This document shows positions 1-9,478 of a DNA stretch of 64,000 bases, in pieces. Every line of letters starts with the position of its first letter. The stretch's first letter is position 1. The stretch is from an uncultured Bacteroidota bacterium. GTDB lineage: Bacteria > Bacteroidota > Ignavibacteria > Kryptoniales > JAKASW01. Position numbers and translations under genes: made by a program. Where the stretch lies: NCBI GenBank assembly GCA_963768145.1, contig CAVYHK010000034.1:40537-104536 (forward strand), written 5' to 3'. The notes under the pieces are model-generated. The model was not told the origin of the DNA and made no database searches. It saw only the letters and a program-made list of their open reading frames with translations.

Positions 1-531
1 CCAATCGTCGGATTGATTCAATCCGCCTACTCAGACGGGTCTGTTCTGATAACCGGGGATTTTCCTGAAGTAAATGACATAATCGAAGCTGGTGCCGATA
101 TTGTCGCTCTCGACGTGACGGAACGTGTACGCCCCAATGGCTTGACGGGATTCGAATTTCTTAAACGAGTGAGAACAGCTCATCCTGGTACACTTCTTCT
201 TGCAGACATTTCCACGTTCGAAGAAGGAGTTCAGGCAGCTGAACTTGGTGCAGACATCGTTTCGACAACGCTCTCAGGCTACACTGCCGCGACCGCACAG
301 AAGGCGAGGGAAGGCGCAGATTTTGACTTGGTCGAACGGCTTTCCGACTCCCTTGTGGTTCCTGTCATCGCGGAAGGAAGGATCCTCCTTCCTTCTGAGG
401 CGGCGCATGCTCTGGAACTTGGCGCTTATGCGGTTGTGGTGGGGGCTGCGGTCACAAAGCCCACAGTAATCACGCAGATGTTTGTGCACGAAATCCAGAC
501 GAGACGGGAACAGGGTGGAACAGGGGATTGA
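1..531 (+). CDS. nanE: N-acetylmannosamine-6-phosphate 2-epimerase (5' end off window)
   Basis: The frame is open from nt 1. ORF 13..531 shows a NanE-like TIM-barrel pattern (IVALDVT..RP, LLLADIST.EE, GADIVSTTLSGYT, PVIAEGRI, GAYAVVVGAAVTKP). Recognised from memory only. Confidence 0.7.
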   Translation, partial: PIVGLIQSAYSDGSVLITGDFPEVNDIIEAGADIVALDVTERVRPNGLTGFEFLKRVRTAHPGTLLLADISTFEEGVQAAELGADIVSTTLSGYTAATAQKAREGADFDLVERLSDSLVVPVIAEGRILLPSEAAHALELGAYAVVVGAAVTKPTVITQMFVHEIQTRREQGGTGD

Positions 532-730
532 TTGATGAATGAACTGGAAGAACGGAGTGTTGGAGTGTGGAATGTCGCATTAAGGTTCTCCTAGATTCAT
601 GGATTCGCGGCTTTCATTATTATTTGTCAGATCAGCCTAGTATCTCCCCACTCCGCAGTTCTATCAATTCATTATTCCATTACCCGTTTTTTTTCTACAG
701 CCTCGGCGCTGTGTACTCCCTTACAAGGCG

Positions 731-1993
731 ATGAAATCCCGGCACGGTCGTTATTTCATTATCCTCTGCTTATACACTGTTGTCACGTCATTATGGCTCC
801 GTCTTCATCCATCAAATCATGTGGCTGTCGTGGCAATTTCATGTTTTAGCGCAGTAATAACTTCGGCGCTGCTAATAAGCTGGGCTGCCGAAGCCGCAGA
901 GTTCAGCATCAGTCAAGGATTGGCGGTCGCCATCGTAGCACTGCTTCAAGTCGTTCCAGAATTCATGGTCGAAGCCATCATCGCATGGCACAAAGACATA
1001 GACTTGATGATGGCAAATGTAACGGGGGCAAATAGGCTTCTCATGGGAATCGGCTGGCCAATGATTTTTTTCGCATCTGATCTTTATTCGCGGCTTAGAA
1101 ACAAGAAGGCGATCTCATCGATTCAGTTGCGTCCCGAAAGTATCGTGGAGGTGGGCGCACTTTTCATCGCATCTCTCTATTTCGTCGTGGTACTCCTCAA
1201 GAAAACCCTCGAAGTTTACGATGGAATTTTTCTTGGCATGGTCTTCGTTGGATATTTGTATATTTTAAGAGTTCTCCCTGAAGAGGATGAAGAGAAAAAA
1301 GATGATTTGTTGTCGATGCCTCGTTATCTTGTCTCAATGGATGAAAACAAGCGCGGAGTCGTTCTCACACTCCTTTTCCTTATCGGTGGCGCTACGATGT
1401 GGGCTGTTGCTGACCCGTTTTTCTTGAGTGCAAAAAAGGTAGCTGCCCTTGCAGGGATAAGCGCTTTCGTATTTGTGCAGTGGGTGGCGCCGTTTCTATC
1501 TGAATTTCCGGAAGGCGTTACGGCTTTCTATTGGGCAAAGACCGTACGGCTCGCACCGATGGCGCTGTTGAACTTAATCAGCAGCAAAGTGAACCAATGG
1601 ACCCTTCTGGTCACGATGATACCTATAGTCTATTCTCTCTCCATGGGAAAGGTTTCAATTATTCCATTAGACGTTCACCATCGTGAAGAAATTCTTCTGT
1701 CGATGATGATGACTTTCTACGGCTGTGCTGCCTTGGCGAAATTGAAGTTTACCCGAGGGAACGCGATCGTTATGTTTGTGCTCTGGCTTGCCCAGTTTCT
1801 TTACCCTGGAAATCTCAGTTTCATGCCCGCCCTTCCGATAATCGGGAATAATTCAAGAGTCATCATTTCGCTGGTGTTTGGACTGTTCGCTCTCTACGAA
1901 GTAATCCGCCACCGGAAACAGTTTCAAATTGGATACGGAATAGAAGAGACCATCCGACTTGCGGGCATTAGAAACAGAGGGCACAAGAAATGA
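731..1993 (+). CDS. Polytopic membrane protein, Ca2+/cation antiporter (CaCA)-like
   Basis: 420-aa ORF with about 10 hydrophobic segments. Two related segments resemble CaCA alpha-repeats (LLQVVPEFMVEAIIAW; VAPFLSEFPEGVTAFYWA), split by a charged loop (PEEDEEKKDD). Confidence 0.4.
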   Translation: MKSRHGRYFIILCLYTVVTSLWLRLHPSNHVAVVAISCFSAVITSALLISWAAEAAEFSISQGLAVAIVALLQVVPEFMVEAIIAWHKDIDLMMANVTGANRLLMGIGWPMIFFASDLYSRLRNKKAISSIQLRPESIVEVGALFIASLYFVVVLLKKTLEVYDGIFLGMVFVGYLYILRVLPEEDEEKKDDLLSMPRYLVSMDENKRGVVLTLLFLIGGATMWAVADPFFLSAKKVAALAGISAFVFVQWVAPFLSEFPEGVTAFYWAKTVRLAPMALLNLISSKVNQWTLLVTMIPIVYSLSMGKVSIIPLDVHHREEILLSMMMTFYGCAALAKLKFTRGNAIVMFVLWLAQFLYPGNLSFMPALPIIGNNSRVIISLVFGLFALYEVIRHRKQFQIGYGIEETIRLAGIRNRGHKK

Positions 1994-2036
1994 AACCTGT
2001 GAGGATATGTCCTGAAATAAAAGGAGGAGGATTGTA

Positions 2037-2963
2037 ATGGCACAGGAGCCAATCCGTGAAAGAGCGATAAAGTTCATTGTAAATCCAGTTTCAGGAAATG
2101 GGACAACAAGAAAGATCATTCCGCATCTTATCGGAATAGCCAAGAAGCTGGGTGTTGATTTTGACCTGCAATTGACAAAGGAGCCTGAACATGCGACCCA
2201 ATTAGCAAACGATCAATCGGGTCAATTCGATGTCATGGTTGCAGTGGGAGGAGATGGGACAGTAAACGAAGTTGCCGCCGGAGCCATCAAGTCTCAAAAG
2301 ATTATGGGCGTTATTCCAACCGGGACCGGAAACGATTTCGCGCGAGCGCTGGGCCGAATGGATCCACTTGGGAGAAAGCTCAAAAGCTTGCACGATTACA
2401 TCCATAGAGCGGTGAGCGGAAATATAAGGCGCATCGATGTCGGCTCGATCCAAATTGATGCCGCAGAATATCTTTTCGTAAACGGGGTTGGCATAGGATT
2501 TGACGCTGAAGTTGCGAAGGAAAGTTTTACCATACACCACCTCAAAGGAATTTCGAAGTATCTTCTCGCAGTTGCAAAAACACTTTCTAAGTACAAATCG
2601 TCTTTGATGAAAATCGAACTTGACGACCGCACAATCGAACAAGAGACTTTCCTGGTGGCAATTGGGAATGGTGTTTCCTCAGGCGGCGGATTTCTTCTCA
2701 CGCCCCACGCAATACTTGACGACGGCATTTTCGATGCCTGCATTGTGTCCGATGTGTCCATAGCCAAGGCTTTGAGGATATTACCCAGGGTGCTAAACGG
2801 AACGCACGAGAAGCATCATGAAGTGTTTCTGACGAAGACAAAACACATCACGATACACAGTGAAAGTCCGGTTTCGATTCATCGAGATGGGGAAGTCTCT
2901 CTTTCAAAGGCAAATGACATCGAAGTACAGATTGTTCCAAATAGCCTTAGGGTAACCGCTTAG
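2037..2963 (+). CDS. Diacylglycerol/lipid kinase family protein (YegS/BmrU-like)
   Basis: GGDGTVNEV and GTGNDFAR catalytic-domain motifs. AGGAGGAGG lies just upstream of the ATG. Confidence 0.85.
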   Translation: MAQEPIRERAIKFIVNPVSGNGTTRKIIPHLIGIAKKLGVDFDLQLTKEPEHATQLANDQSGQFDVMVAVGGDGTVNEVAAGAIKSQKIMGVIPTGTGNDFARALGRMDPLGRKLKSLHDYIHRAVSGNIRRIDVGSIQIDAAEYLFVNGVGIGFDAEVAKESFTIHHLKGISKYLLAVAKTLSKYKSSLMKIELDDRTIEQETFLVAIGNGVSSGGGFLLTPHAILDDGIFDACIVSDVSIAKALRILPRVLNGTHEKHHEVFLTKTKHITIHSESPVSIHRDGEVSLSKANDIEVQIVPNSLRVTA

Positions 2964-3153
2964 GATTCGTGTCCTTCACCAAGCGCTGCTGCTTGGATTG
3001 CTGATTGGAATGAGGGAAAAGGCGAGCGCAAGCTTTAAGTAAACCGTCAGCGGACAAAGGCGCCTTCTTCTGTGTCTCAGCCGCTCGTCTCCACAAAGGA
3101 AGGAGAAACGTCCTTTGGACGTCGCCGGGCTCGATAGGTACTTTTTCCGTCAC
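2947..3153 (-). pseudogene. Possible N-terminal remnant of a class I SAM-dependent (LCMT/TcmP-like) methyltransferase
   Basis: The 68-aa ORF contains TFLLPLWRRAAETQKKAPLSAD, which resembles the N-terminal helix of that family. The rest of the roughly 270-aa fold is absent, and the ORF runs into the 3' end of the lipid kinase gene. Confidence 0.3.
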
Positions 3154-3213
3154 GGAACTAATCTTGCACCGTCATATCAGAGGTGGCCCCTGGATGACGT
3201 TGCTTACAGTTCG

Positions 3214-3618
3214 TCACTTTCTTGTTTCTCGCGATTCCTCAAGTTCAATCATGGTGCGCCAGACAGCGAGCCACTTATCCCCAGTGAGCTCGAATACCCA
3301 GACGTCTTGTCCGGAGGATCGAGCTCGGTATTGACCACGGTCATAAATCATCTTGAACTTAGTAGTCGCGATGGCAACCCTGCCGACGACGTTTATGCTT
3401 TCATCGGACTCTGAATACTGAATGACCTGGGCATTTGTGCAGAATTCGACAAAGCTTGCCAAAAAGGTGTGGCGCCCGACCACTTTTTCCTTGAATCCCG
3501 GCAACGCCATGGTTATGTCAGGGTGCAGGTATTCGTACATCTCCATGGGTTGGCTTTCGCGCCAGGCTTTATTGATCGCAGCTAATACGCCATGTACCTC
3601 TATCTCTGGAATACTCAT
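3214..3618 (-). CDS. SnoaL-like / DUF4440 (NTF2-fold) protein
   Basis: The ORF 3214..3690 body (LAAINKAW....W.FELTGDKWLAVW) fits small NTF2-like proteins. I chose the start at MSIPEI (3618), which has GAAGGAA upstream. Starts at 3639 or 3690 are also possible. Confidence 0.5.
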   Translation of the reverse strand: MSIPEIEVHGVLAAINKAWRESQPMEMYEYLHPDITMALPGFKEKVVGRHTFLASFVEFCTNAQVIQYSESDESINVVGRVAIATTKFKMIYDRGQYRARSSGQDVWVFELTGDKWLAVWRTMIELEESRETRK

Positions 3619-3838
3619 TTTCACGGTGATTCCTTCCATCTTCAGCTTTCGACAAAGTATGTGTTTTATTCGCCTCTGCTCTCCACACAATCCTAAATTA
3701 CGCTACGCACGCTCTCCGAAGTACGATACCGCCTTCATTCCTATTCTGCGGTATCGGCGGGCAAAATAAGCCATGTGCAAACAAAAATCAAAACATGCTC
3801 ATTCGTCCAGGCATATCGACAAATACTGACCACTGGTG

Positions 3839-6709
3839 CTATCGCTTGATCTCTTTCTCTTTACCATCATAGCTAACACTTCTTGCCGATTTGGTAACTG
3901 CTCCAAATGCTGCCGGTTCTTCCTTTGAGATTATGACGATGTTGAACGACCTGTTGCCTATCATCCCGGCAAAACTCCCATTTCGTCTCCCGATCGTGAG
4001 GATTTGCGTCGCTTCGTCCCATTTGAAATCTATCGTGGAGTACATTCCTTTTTGAAAGTCGTTATTTTCGTTTTCATCTTCATAGAGGGTGAATTCAGCA
4101 TTTTTGCCGGCGTAGACATATAGCGTTATTGTCCCGTCAGTTTTTTCTTCAGCGTACTGGATCTGGGGGCCAACTGGAATTATCGAGCCTTGACGTACAA
4201 ACAAAGGAATCTTGTCCAAAGATGCTTGGGCTGTCACAGTTTGCCCGCCGACGTAATGCTTCCCTGTGTGGAAATCATACCATCCACATGCACTTGGCAA
4301 GTAGACATTTTTAGTCCGCTCCTTGTAGGTAGTAACCGGGGCGACAAGCAACGATGGACCAAACATGTATTCATCGGAGAGATTCTCGACATTTTTGTCA
4401 TCCGAAAAATCCATTTCAAGAGCGCGCATTATGGTGTAGTCCTTCCAGTAGACCATGCCGGCCAACGAATAAATGTAGGGCATCAGTCTGTAGCGGAGTT
4501 TAGTCACGCCAACCATCGCTGCGTACTCGGGCGTTCCTTCTGGAGCGACGTTGAAAATCTCCCTGAATGGGTATTCTCCGTGCGATCGGTACAGCGGACA
4601 GAATGCGCCAAACTCATACCAGCGTGTCAAAAGCTCGCGCCATTCGTCTAAATCAGCACCTTTGGCGTTGATGAATCTGTTCGGAACTGCGAAACCTCCG
4701 ATGTCGAAAGTCCAGTAGGGGAGACCGGACATAGAATAATTTAAACCAGCAGCAAGTTGTCCTTTCAGATCTTCCCACGTCGAACCGATGTCACCGCTCC
4801 ATACTGCAACACCGTATCGCTGCGAGCCCGCATAGGCCGACCGACTGAGGATGACTACCCGCTCGTTCGGGTTTTCCGACATCAGACCTTCGTATATACC
4901 ACGGCAATGCTCCAGAGCATACGCGTTGAAAAACTCTGCTCCCGGACCAAGAGATGTGGGATCCATGATATATTTTCTCGCATCCATCGACAAGTTCGAC
5001 TGCATGTCTGGCTCATCCGAATCGATCCACCAGGCATCGATCCCAATCGGATAAAGCTTTTCGTCGACCATCTGCCAGAACAATTTACGCGCATCCGGGT
5101 TGAATGCATCGTAGAAAGTCGAGAGATATCCTCTCCCCACCCAATCTCTGTTGTTCAGATTCAGGTTGCCCATGTAGAGATAGCCCTTATTCATCATCCT
5201 GTCAAAGTTCCTGATGCCTTTGTAGAATTTCGCCCAGACGGATATCATTATATGCTCGTGAAGCTTGTGAACTTCATCGACCATGGCCTCTGGATTGGGA
5301 TAACGGGCGCTGTCGAAAGCCATACTGCCCCATTGGTCTTCGGGCCAGTAAAACCAATCCTGCACGATATTGTCAAAGGGTATCTTGAGCTTGCGATACT
5401 GGCGCGCCACCTGCAGAAGCTGGTCCTGTGTCTGGTATCGTTCTCGACTTTGCCAGAATCCGAATGCCCACTCAGGCAGGAGTGAAGCTCTTCCCGTCAA
5501 TTGACGATATCCGCTTATAACTTCATCGATGTCATGTCCATAAATGAAATAATAGTCAATTTGATTCCCATATTCTGAATACAGAGAAAGATTATTTTGT
5601 TCCTCCTCGCTGATTGGAGTCTTGACCTTCAGCGAGATATAGGCTTCTCTGTCCCCCGGAGTCCATTCGATGCGGATGGGATATTTCCGTCCCTTTTCGA
5701 GTTGAAGACTGAAAAGGTAAACGAACGCGTTCCATGATTGTCTCCAGCGGTCAACAATCAGTTTGTTGTCGATCCACATTCTGCAATGGCCTGAAGAATA
5801 AAGACGGAATTTGAAAAGTCCACTTGTTGAAGTTCCCATCGGTGGGAAATCCGGCTCGAAGAAGCCATTCCAAACGACGACTCCTTTCGCGAGCGAATAG
5901 CCGGCAGGAAATTTCTTCAAATCCGACGAGAATTCGTAATTGATATCCGACTCGTTCCTGATGACGGACACTTTCGACGTGTCGGGTGATTCACAGTAAG
6001 TTGCAGATAAGCCTCCTTCTTTGCCATTTGCATCATATAGTGTCATTGTTGACAAAGAATCATACTCTCTTGGGTTACCGAATTTTGTTCGCGAATAATT
6101 GTCCCAGAGTATTCCATAATTTCTGTTTGAGATGACGAATGGGATTGAGATTTTGGTGTTATACTGGTACAGGTCGACATCCTGACCTTTGTAGTTGAAC
6201 AGACCTTCCTGGTGTTGACCGAGTCCGTAGAATGCTTCGTCAGTCGGCGATTCGAACTGCTGACGTATTCTGAATAACTTCTTGCCCTCAATCATGACCG
6301 GTGCCAATGTCTTACCTCCGTTTCTAAGCTCCGAAAGAATTGGTCTCCCACCCGAATCGCAGAACGCCAGCGCGCCAGTGTTGGTAGAAATCTCTAGCCG
6401 CAATGAAGAAGTCCTGAGGGCAAGAGTGTCACCAGATTCTTCAGTTGCGAATTTCACTACAGGGGATTCCTTCTGTTCGATCATTAGACTCTGAACATCA
6501 AGAAATGAATCGGAGTTTACTGCAGTCACGCGGATAATCCTGTCGGTGACCGGTTCGATCCGAAGAAGTTTGGCGCCGTTTGCCACGGTATCCGTGAGCG
6601 TAATTATGACGCCATTCTTGGTTAAATGATACGGTTTTTGAGCAAATGCCGTCAAGAACGAGACACCCAACAAGAAGACAATCGATAATCTCATTTTAAT
6701 GTACCTCAA
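3839..6709 (-). CDS. Secreted glycoside hydrolase family 31 (alpha-xylosidase/alpha-glucosidase type) with PA14-like insert
   Basis: Signal peptide (MRLSIVFLLGVSFLTAFAQ). GH31 nucleophile motif GIDAWWIDSDEPD, plus WAFGFWQSRERY and YWTFDIGGF. There is a PA14-like segment around residues 230-350. Confidence 0.9.
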   Translation of the reverse strand: MRYIKMRLSIVFLLGVSFLTAFAQKPYHLTKNGVIITLTDTVANGAKLLRIEPVTDRIIRVTAVNSDSFLDVQSLMIEQKESPVVKFATEESGDTLALRTSSLRLEISTNTGALAFCDSGGRPILSELRNGGKTLAPVMIEGKKLFRIRQQFESPTDEAFYGLGQHQEGLFNYKGQDVDLYQYNTKISIPFVISNRNYGILWDNYSRTKFGNPREYDSLSTMTLYDANGKEGGLSATYCESPDTSKVSVIRNESDINYEFSSDLKKFPAGYSLAKGVVVWNGFFEPDFPPMGTSTSGLFKFRLYSSGHCRMWIDNKLIVDRWRQSWNAFVYLFSLQLEKGRKYPIRIEWTPGDREAYISLKVKTPISEEEQNNLSLYSEYGNQIDYYFIYGHDIDEVISGYRQLTGRASLLPEWAFGFWQSRERYQTQDQLLQVARQYRKLKIPFDNIVQDWFYWPEDQWGSMAFDSARYPNPEAMVDEVHKLHEHIMISVWAKFYKGIRNFDRMMNKGYLYMGNLNLNNRDWVGRGYLSTFYDAFNPDARKLFWQMVDEKLYPIGIDAWWIDSDEPDMQSNLSMDARKYIMDPTSLGPGAEFFNAYALEHCRGIYEGLMSENPNERVVILSRSAYAGSQRYGVAVWSGDIGSTWEDLKGQLAAGLNYSMSGLPYWTFDIGGFAVPNRFINAKGADLDEWRELLTRWYEFGAFCPLYRSHGEYPFREIFNVAPEGTPEYAAMVGVTKLRYRLMPYIYSLAGMVYWKDYTIMRALEMDFSDDKNVENLSDEYMFGPSLLVAPVTTYKERTKNVYLPSACGWYDFHTGKHYVGGQTVTAQASLDKIPLFVRQGSIIPVGPQIQYAEEKTDGTITLYVYAGKNAEFTLYEDENENNDFQKGMYSTIDFKWDEATQILTIGRRNGSFAGMIGNRSFNIVIISKEEPAAFGAVTKSARSVSYDGKEKEIKR

Positions 6710-7157
6710 GTGCTAATCAGAGATTTGGCAAGAATAGAGACAGGAGCGCTTCCACAATGACGCAACGCCTCACAAATTCATGTCCATGATTCAGATGCAA
6801 AGTTAATCACCCTGCGCATCAAACAAAATGACCGACACTATATCGTTTCGCAATTGCCTTTGTTCCCGTTCGACCATTGATTTTAGCCGACTGTTGAAGG
6901 GGTCTGCCTCTGGTTAATTGGCAAATAGTTTCAACCGCAGTAACGGAAGAAAGGATTTGCGGCTTAGAATTCTCACGTGAACAGATCTTCGTTTGACGGC
7001 CATAAGATTCATCCGTTCGAATCTTTGCCGGAGACGTGCTTCTTGTTCCTTCATTAATTACATTTAGCAGTATTCCTTGAGGTAAGCTCTGCACAGAGAG
7101 GCAGTGCTCAATGATTCTAAGTTCAACTAATAAAAGGCATTAGTGGAGGTTACAAAT

Positions 7158-7562
7158 ATGGAAGTACATGTAAATTACCTGGCTGTGATTGTCGCCGCGA
7201 TCATCAATTATGTTATTGCCACGATATGGTACGCGGCGATTTTCGGCAAGGTCTGGTCGAGACTCACCGGCATAACAGAAATGAAGCCGGCACCGCTGAA
7301 CATCGTTCTGGTTTTTGCCGGATCTTTGGTGATGAGTTACGTTCTTTGTCATTCGATTGCGTTCGGCAACTATTACGTCGGAACATCAGGTATCGGCGGA
7401 GGATTGATGGGAGGATTCTTCAGTTGGCTTGGGTTTATTGCGCCCGTAACCTTGAGCACCAAGCTCTACGAGAAGAAACCGTGGGGACTTTGGCTTCTCG
7501 ATAACGGATTCTGGCTCATTTCATTGCTGGTGATGGGCTCGATCCTGTCATCGTGGACGTGA
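7158..7562 (+). CDS. DUF1761 family membrane protein
   Basis: MEVHVNYLAVIVAAIINYVIATIWYAAIFGKVW is the typical DUF1761 N-terminus. GGAGG lies 9 nt upstream of the ATG at 7158, and the ORF track starts at GTG 7143. Confidence 0.6.
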   Translation: MEVHVNYLAVIVAAIINYVIATIWYAAIFGKVWSRLTGITEMKPAPLNIVLVFAGSLVMSYVLCHSIAFGNYYVGTSGIGGGLMGGFFSWLGFIAPVTLSTKLYEKKPWGLWLLDNGFWLISLLVMGSILSSWT

Positions 7563-7600
7563 CGCCAGCCGCAACTTAGGCAATTGCAGCGTAGATTGGA

Positions 7601-7630
7601 GGAGTCGAGAACCCTCGACTCCTCTCTTTG
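7601..7630 (+). terminator. Intrinsic terminator after the DUF1761 gene
   Basis: Perfect 9-bp stem GGAGTCGAG / CTCGACTCC (7601-7609 / 7614-7622) with loop AACC, followed by TCTCTTTGG. Confidence 0.6.
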
Positions 7631-7824
7631 GATTCAGGATAATGTCCGCAGCGGGCTGAGCAAGAAAAAAGAGTGGAGTCTTCAATTACCGCATTTTTGT
7701 GTCAATCCCGGAAGTCCAGTATTTGCAGCAGTTTCAAACTCAGGTTCAAATGGGACGAATACCGGATCGCCAAAGTTTCTAAAAACAGCTGGCTACGGCG
7801 GCGTGAAGAGATGGTCGAAAGGAG

Positions 7825-9384
7825 CTAGCGTCCACTCGAAATCTTGAAAAGGTTGAATTCAGAATTGGATGTCAACTTCTCGCCATTGAAGTTCGGATTT
7901 CGAGAAACAGCGTACGTGGCTTCTTCACGGGTTGTGAACCAGCTTCCTGAAAGGAAAAAATCGATGGCGTGGGTGGAAAAGCCCACTATTTTCTCGCGAT
8001 CGCCGTCAATATACACCTTACTGTTGTCCGGCAGGTGGTCGCGAATGTTTTGGAACTGGGCTGTAATCTGGTTCACATTTGAAGCGGGCGTTTTGAGATG
8101 ATTTGAGATAGAGATACTGACCAACAGTGCGATTGCAACATCTATCGCAAGCACCTTCCAAGTTGTTGGATTCATGTGCGATAATAGCAATACGTACACG
8201 CTTAGCACAAATCCCACATAGAACATGGATTGGAACTCATGCAGAGCCACAAAGCGTCTCATCGGAATTGCCCAAATCAAGCCGGAGAATACCATGACAA
8301 GGTGCACTTTGTTGCCGGGATTTCCGTCTTTCAAATACCTGAGCAAATTGTAAACGATCAACGATGCCACAACAAACACCGAAGCACTTGTGCCAGGTTC
8401 TACCTGGAAAATTGGCCAAAAGGGGACAAGCATCAAGGCGATTGAGTGCGCTTGCCCAGGAAGAAAACTAATCCAATCGAATGTCCACGCGAGCTGAGTA
8501 TGTCCGGCAGTCGATGCTATCCCGGTTCTCCATAGTGCACTGTTTACACTTGGCAAATCCACAAAATGGCCTCCTATGATTCTCCATTCATTCAATAGCT
8601 GAAATCCAAGGACGCAGATTCCCCATGCAACAGCCAACGATGTAATAACAAATGAAGGCTTCTTAAAGAGACCCAAGGCTTTCCTTCCAGCACGTACTTT
8701 CTTCCTAAGCAGGAGTTCGATGCCTTCTATTAAAGCCCAAGTCACGTAAACAGCATAGGGCTGCCATCCAAGACTTGCCGGGAACAATGCGTAGATCAAG
8801 ATTTGCGACGTTTTAAGCTCCGTTTTCTGTGCCATCACAACGGCACGCAACGCAATCACAAATCCTAAAAGCGCTGGCACGTCATTGAATATTATGTCGT
8901 TGTAAGAGACCATGTAGTACGACGAAAACGCCAGAAGAGCGACTGACAGAGCCAAGTACTTGCTCTTGACAAATTCATCCACCAGCAAAAATACGACAAT
9001 GATGGCGAGGAAGAAGAAAAGAATCATTAATTGGCGAGCAACATATATCTGAAGAGCCAAATGGTTCTCGAATGGGTAGGTCAATAAACCCGTCAAGAGA
9101 AAAGGAAATACGGGAAACCTGTTATAAGCATCGTAAGTGGGCCTGCCATCATGCAACTCTTTGCTTGCGAAAACGAACAGCGGATGATTACCAGTCATAA
9201 GGCTGTTCGACAGAGCAAGGCCATGAAACGAATTGCCGGCGTATAGTCCCCCTGCGACAAATGCTCCATGACGACTCTCGGTTAGAAACATGCACACTCC
9301 GACGAGCATCAACAAAACAAATGGAAGCCAAACATCAGATCGTTTGTTTTCCTGTGGAGTCGTTTCAGCAGCGTTTTCAGTCAT
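7825..9384 (-). CDS. Large polytopic membrane protein, GT-C (ArnT/PMT-like glycosyltransferase) fold suspected
   Basis: 519 aa with more than 10 hydrophobic segments and a soluble C-terminal tail. No diagnostic motif recognised, so the family is a guess. Confidence 0.35.
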   Translation of the reverse strand: MTENAAETTPQENKRSDVWLPFVLLMLVGVCMFLTESRHGAFVAGGLYAGNSFHGLALSNSLMTGNHPLFVFASKELHDGRPTYDAYNRFPVFPFLLTGLLTYPFENHLALQIYVARQLMILFFFLAIIVVFLLVDEFVKSKYLALSVALLAFSSYYMVSYNDIIFNDVPALLGFVIALRAVVMAQKTELKTSQILIYALFPASLGWQPYAVYVTWALIEGIELLLRKKVRAGRKALGLFKKPSFVITSLAVAWGICVLGFQLLNEWRIIGGHFVDLPSVNSALWRTGIASTAGHTQLAWTFDWISFLPGQAHSIALMLVPFWPIFQVEPGTSASVFVVASLIVYNLLRYLKDGNPGNKVHLVMVFSGLIWAIPMRRFVALHEFQSMFYVGFVLSVYVLLLSHMNPTTWKVLAIDVAIALLVSISISNHLKTPASNVNQITAQFQNIRDHLPDNSKVYIDGDREKIVGFSTHAIDFFLSGSWFTTREEATYAVSRNPNFNGEKLTSNSEFNLFKISSGR

Positions 9385-9478
9385 TCATCTTCTCCATGTC
9401 TTTGTGACTTCGAAGCCTTTTCCAGCAGCCAACAATAAAGATGACAAAACTCCGAGAGCTTTTTCTGCGGATTGCGAC

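Noticed and set aside
4757-5485. 242-aa ORF on the plus strand
   Set aside because: It is entirely antisense to the well-supported GH31 gene and has no recognisable motifs.
6990-7040. T-loop-like GTTCGAATC suggesting a tRNA
   Set aside because: The flanking bases cannot form a T-stem, and no acceptor or anticodon arms are present.
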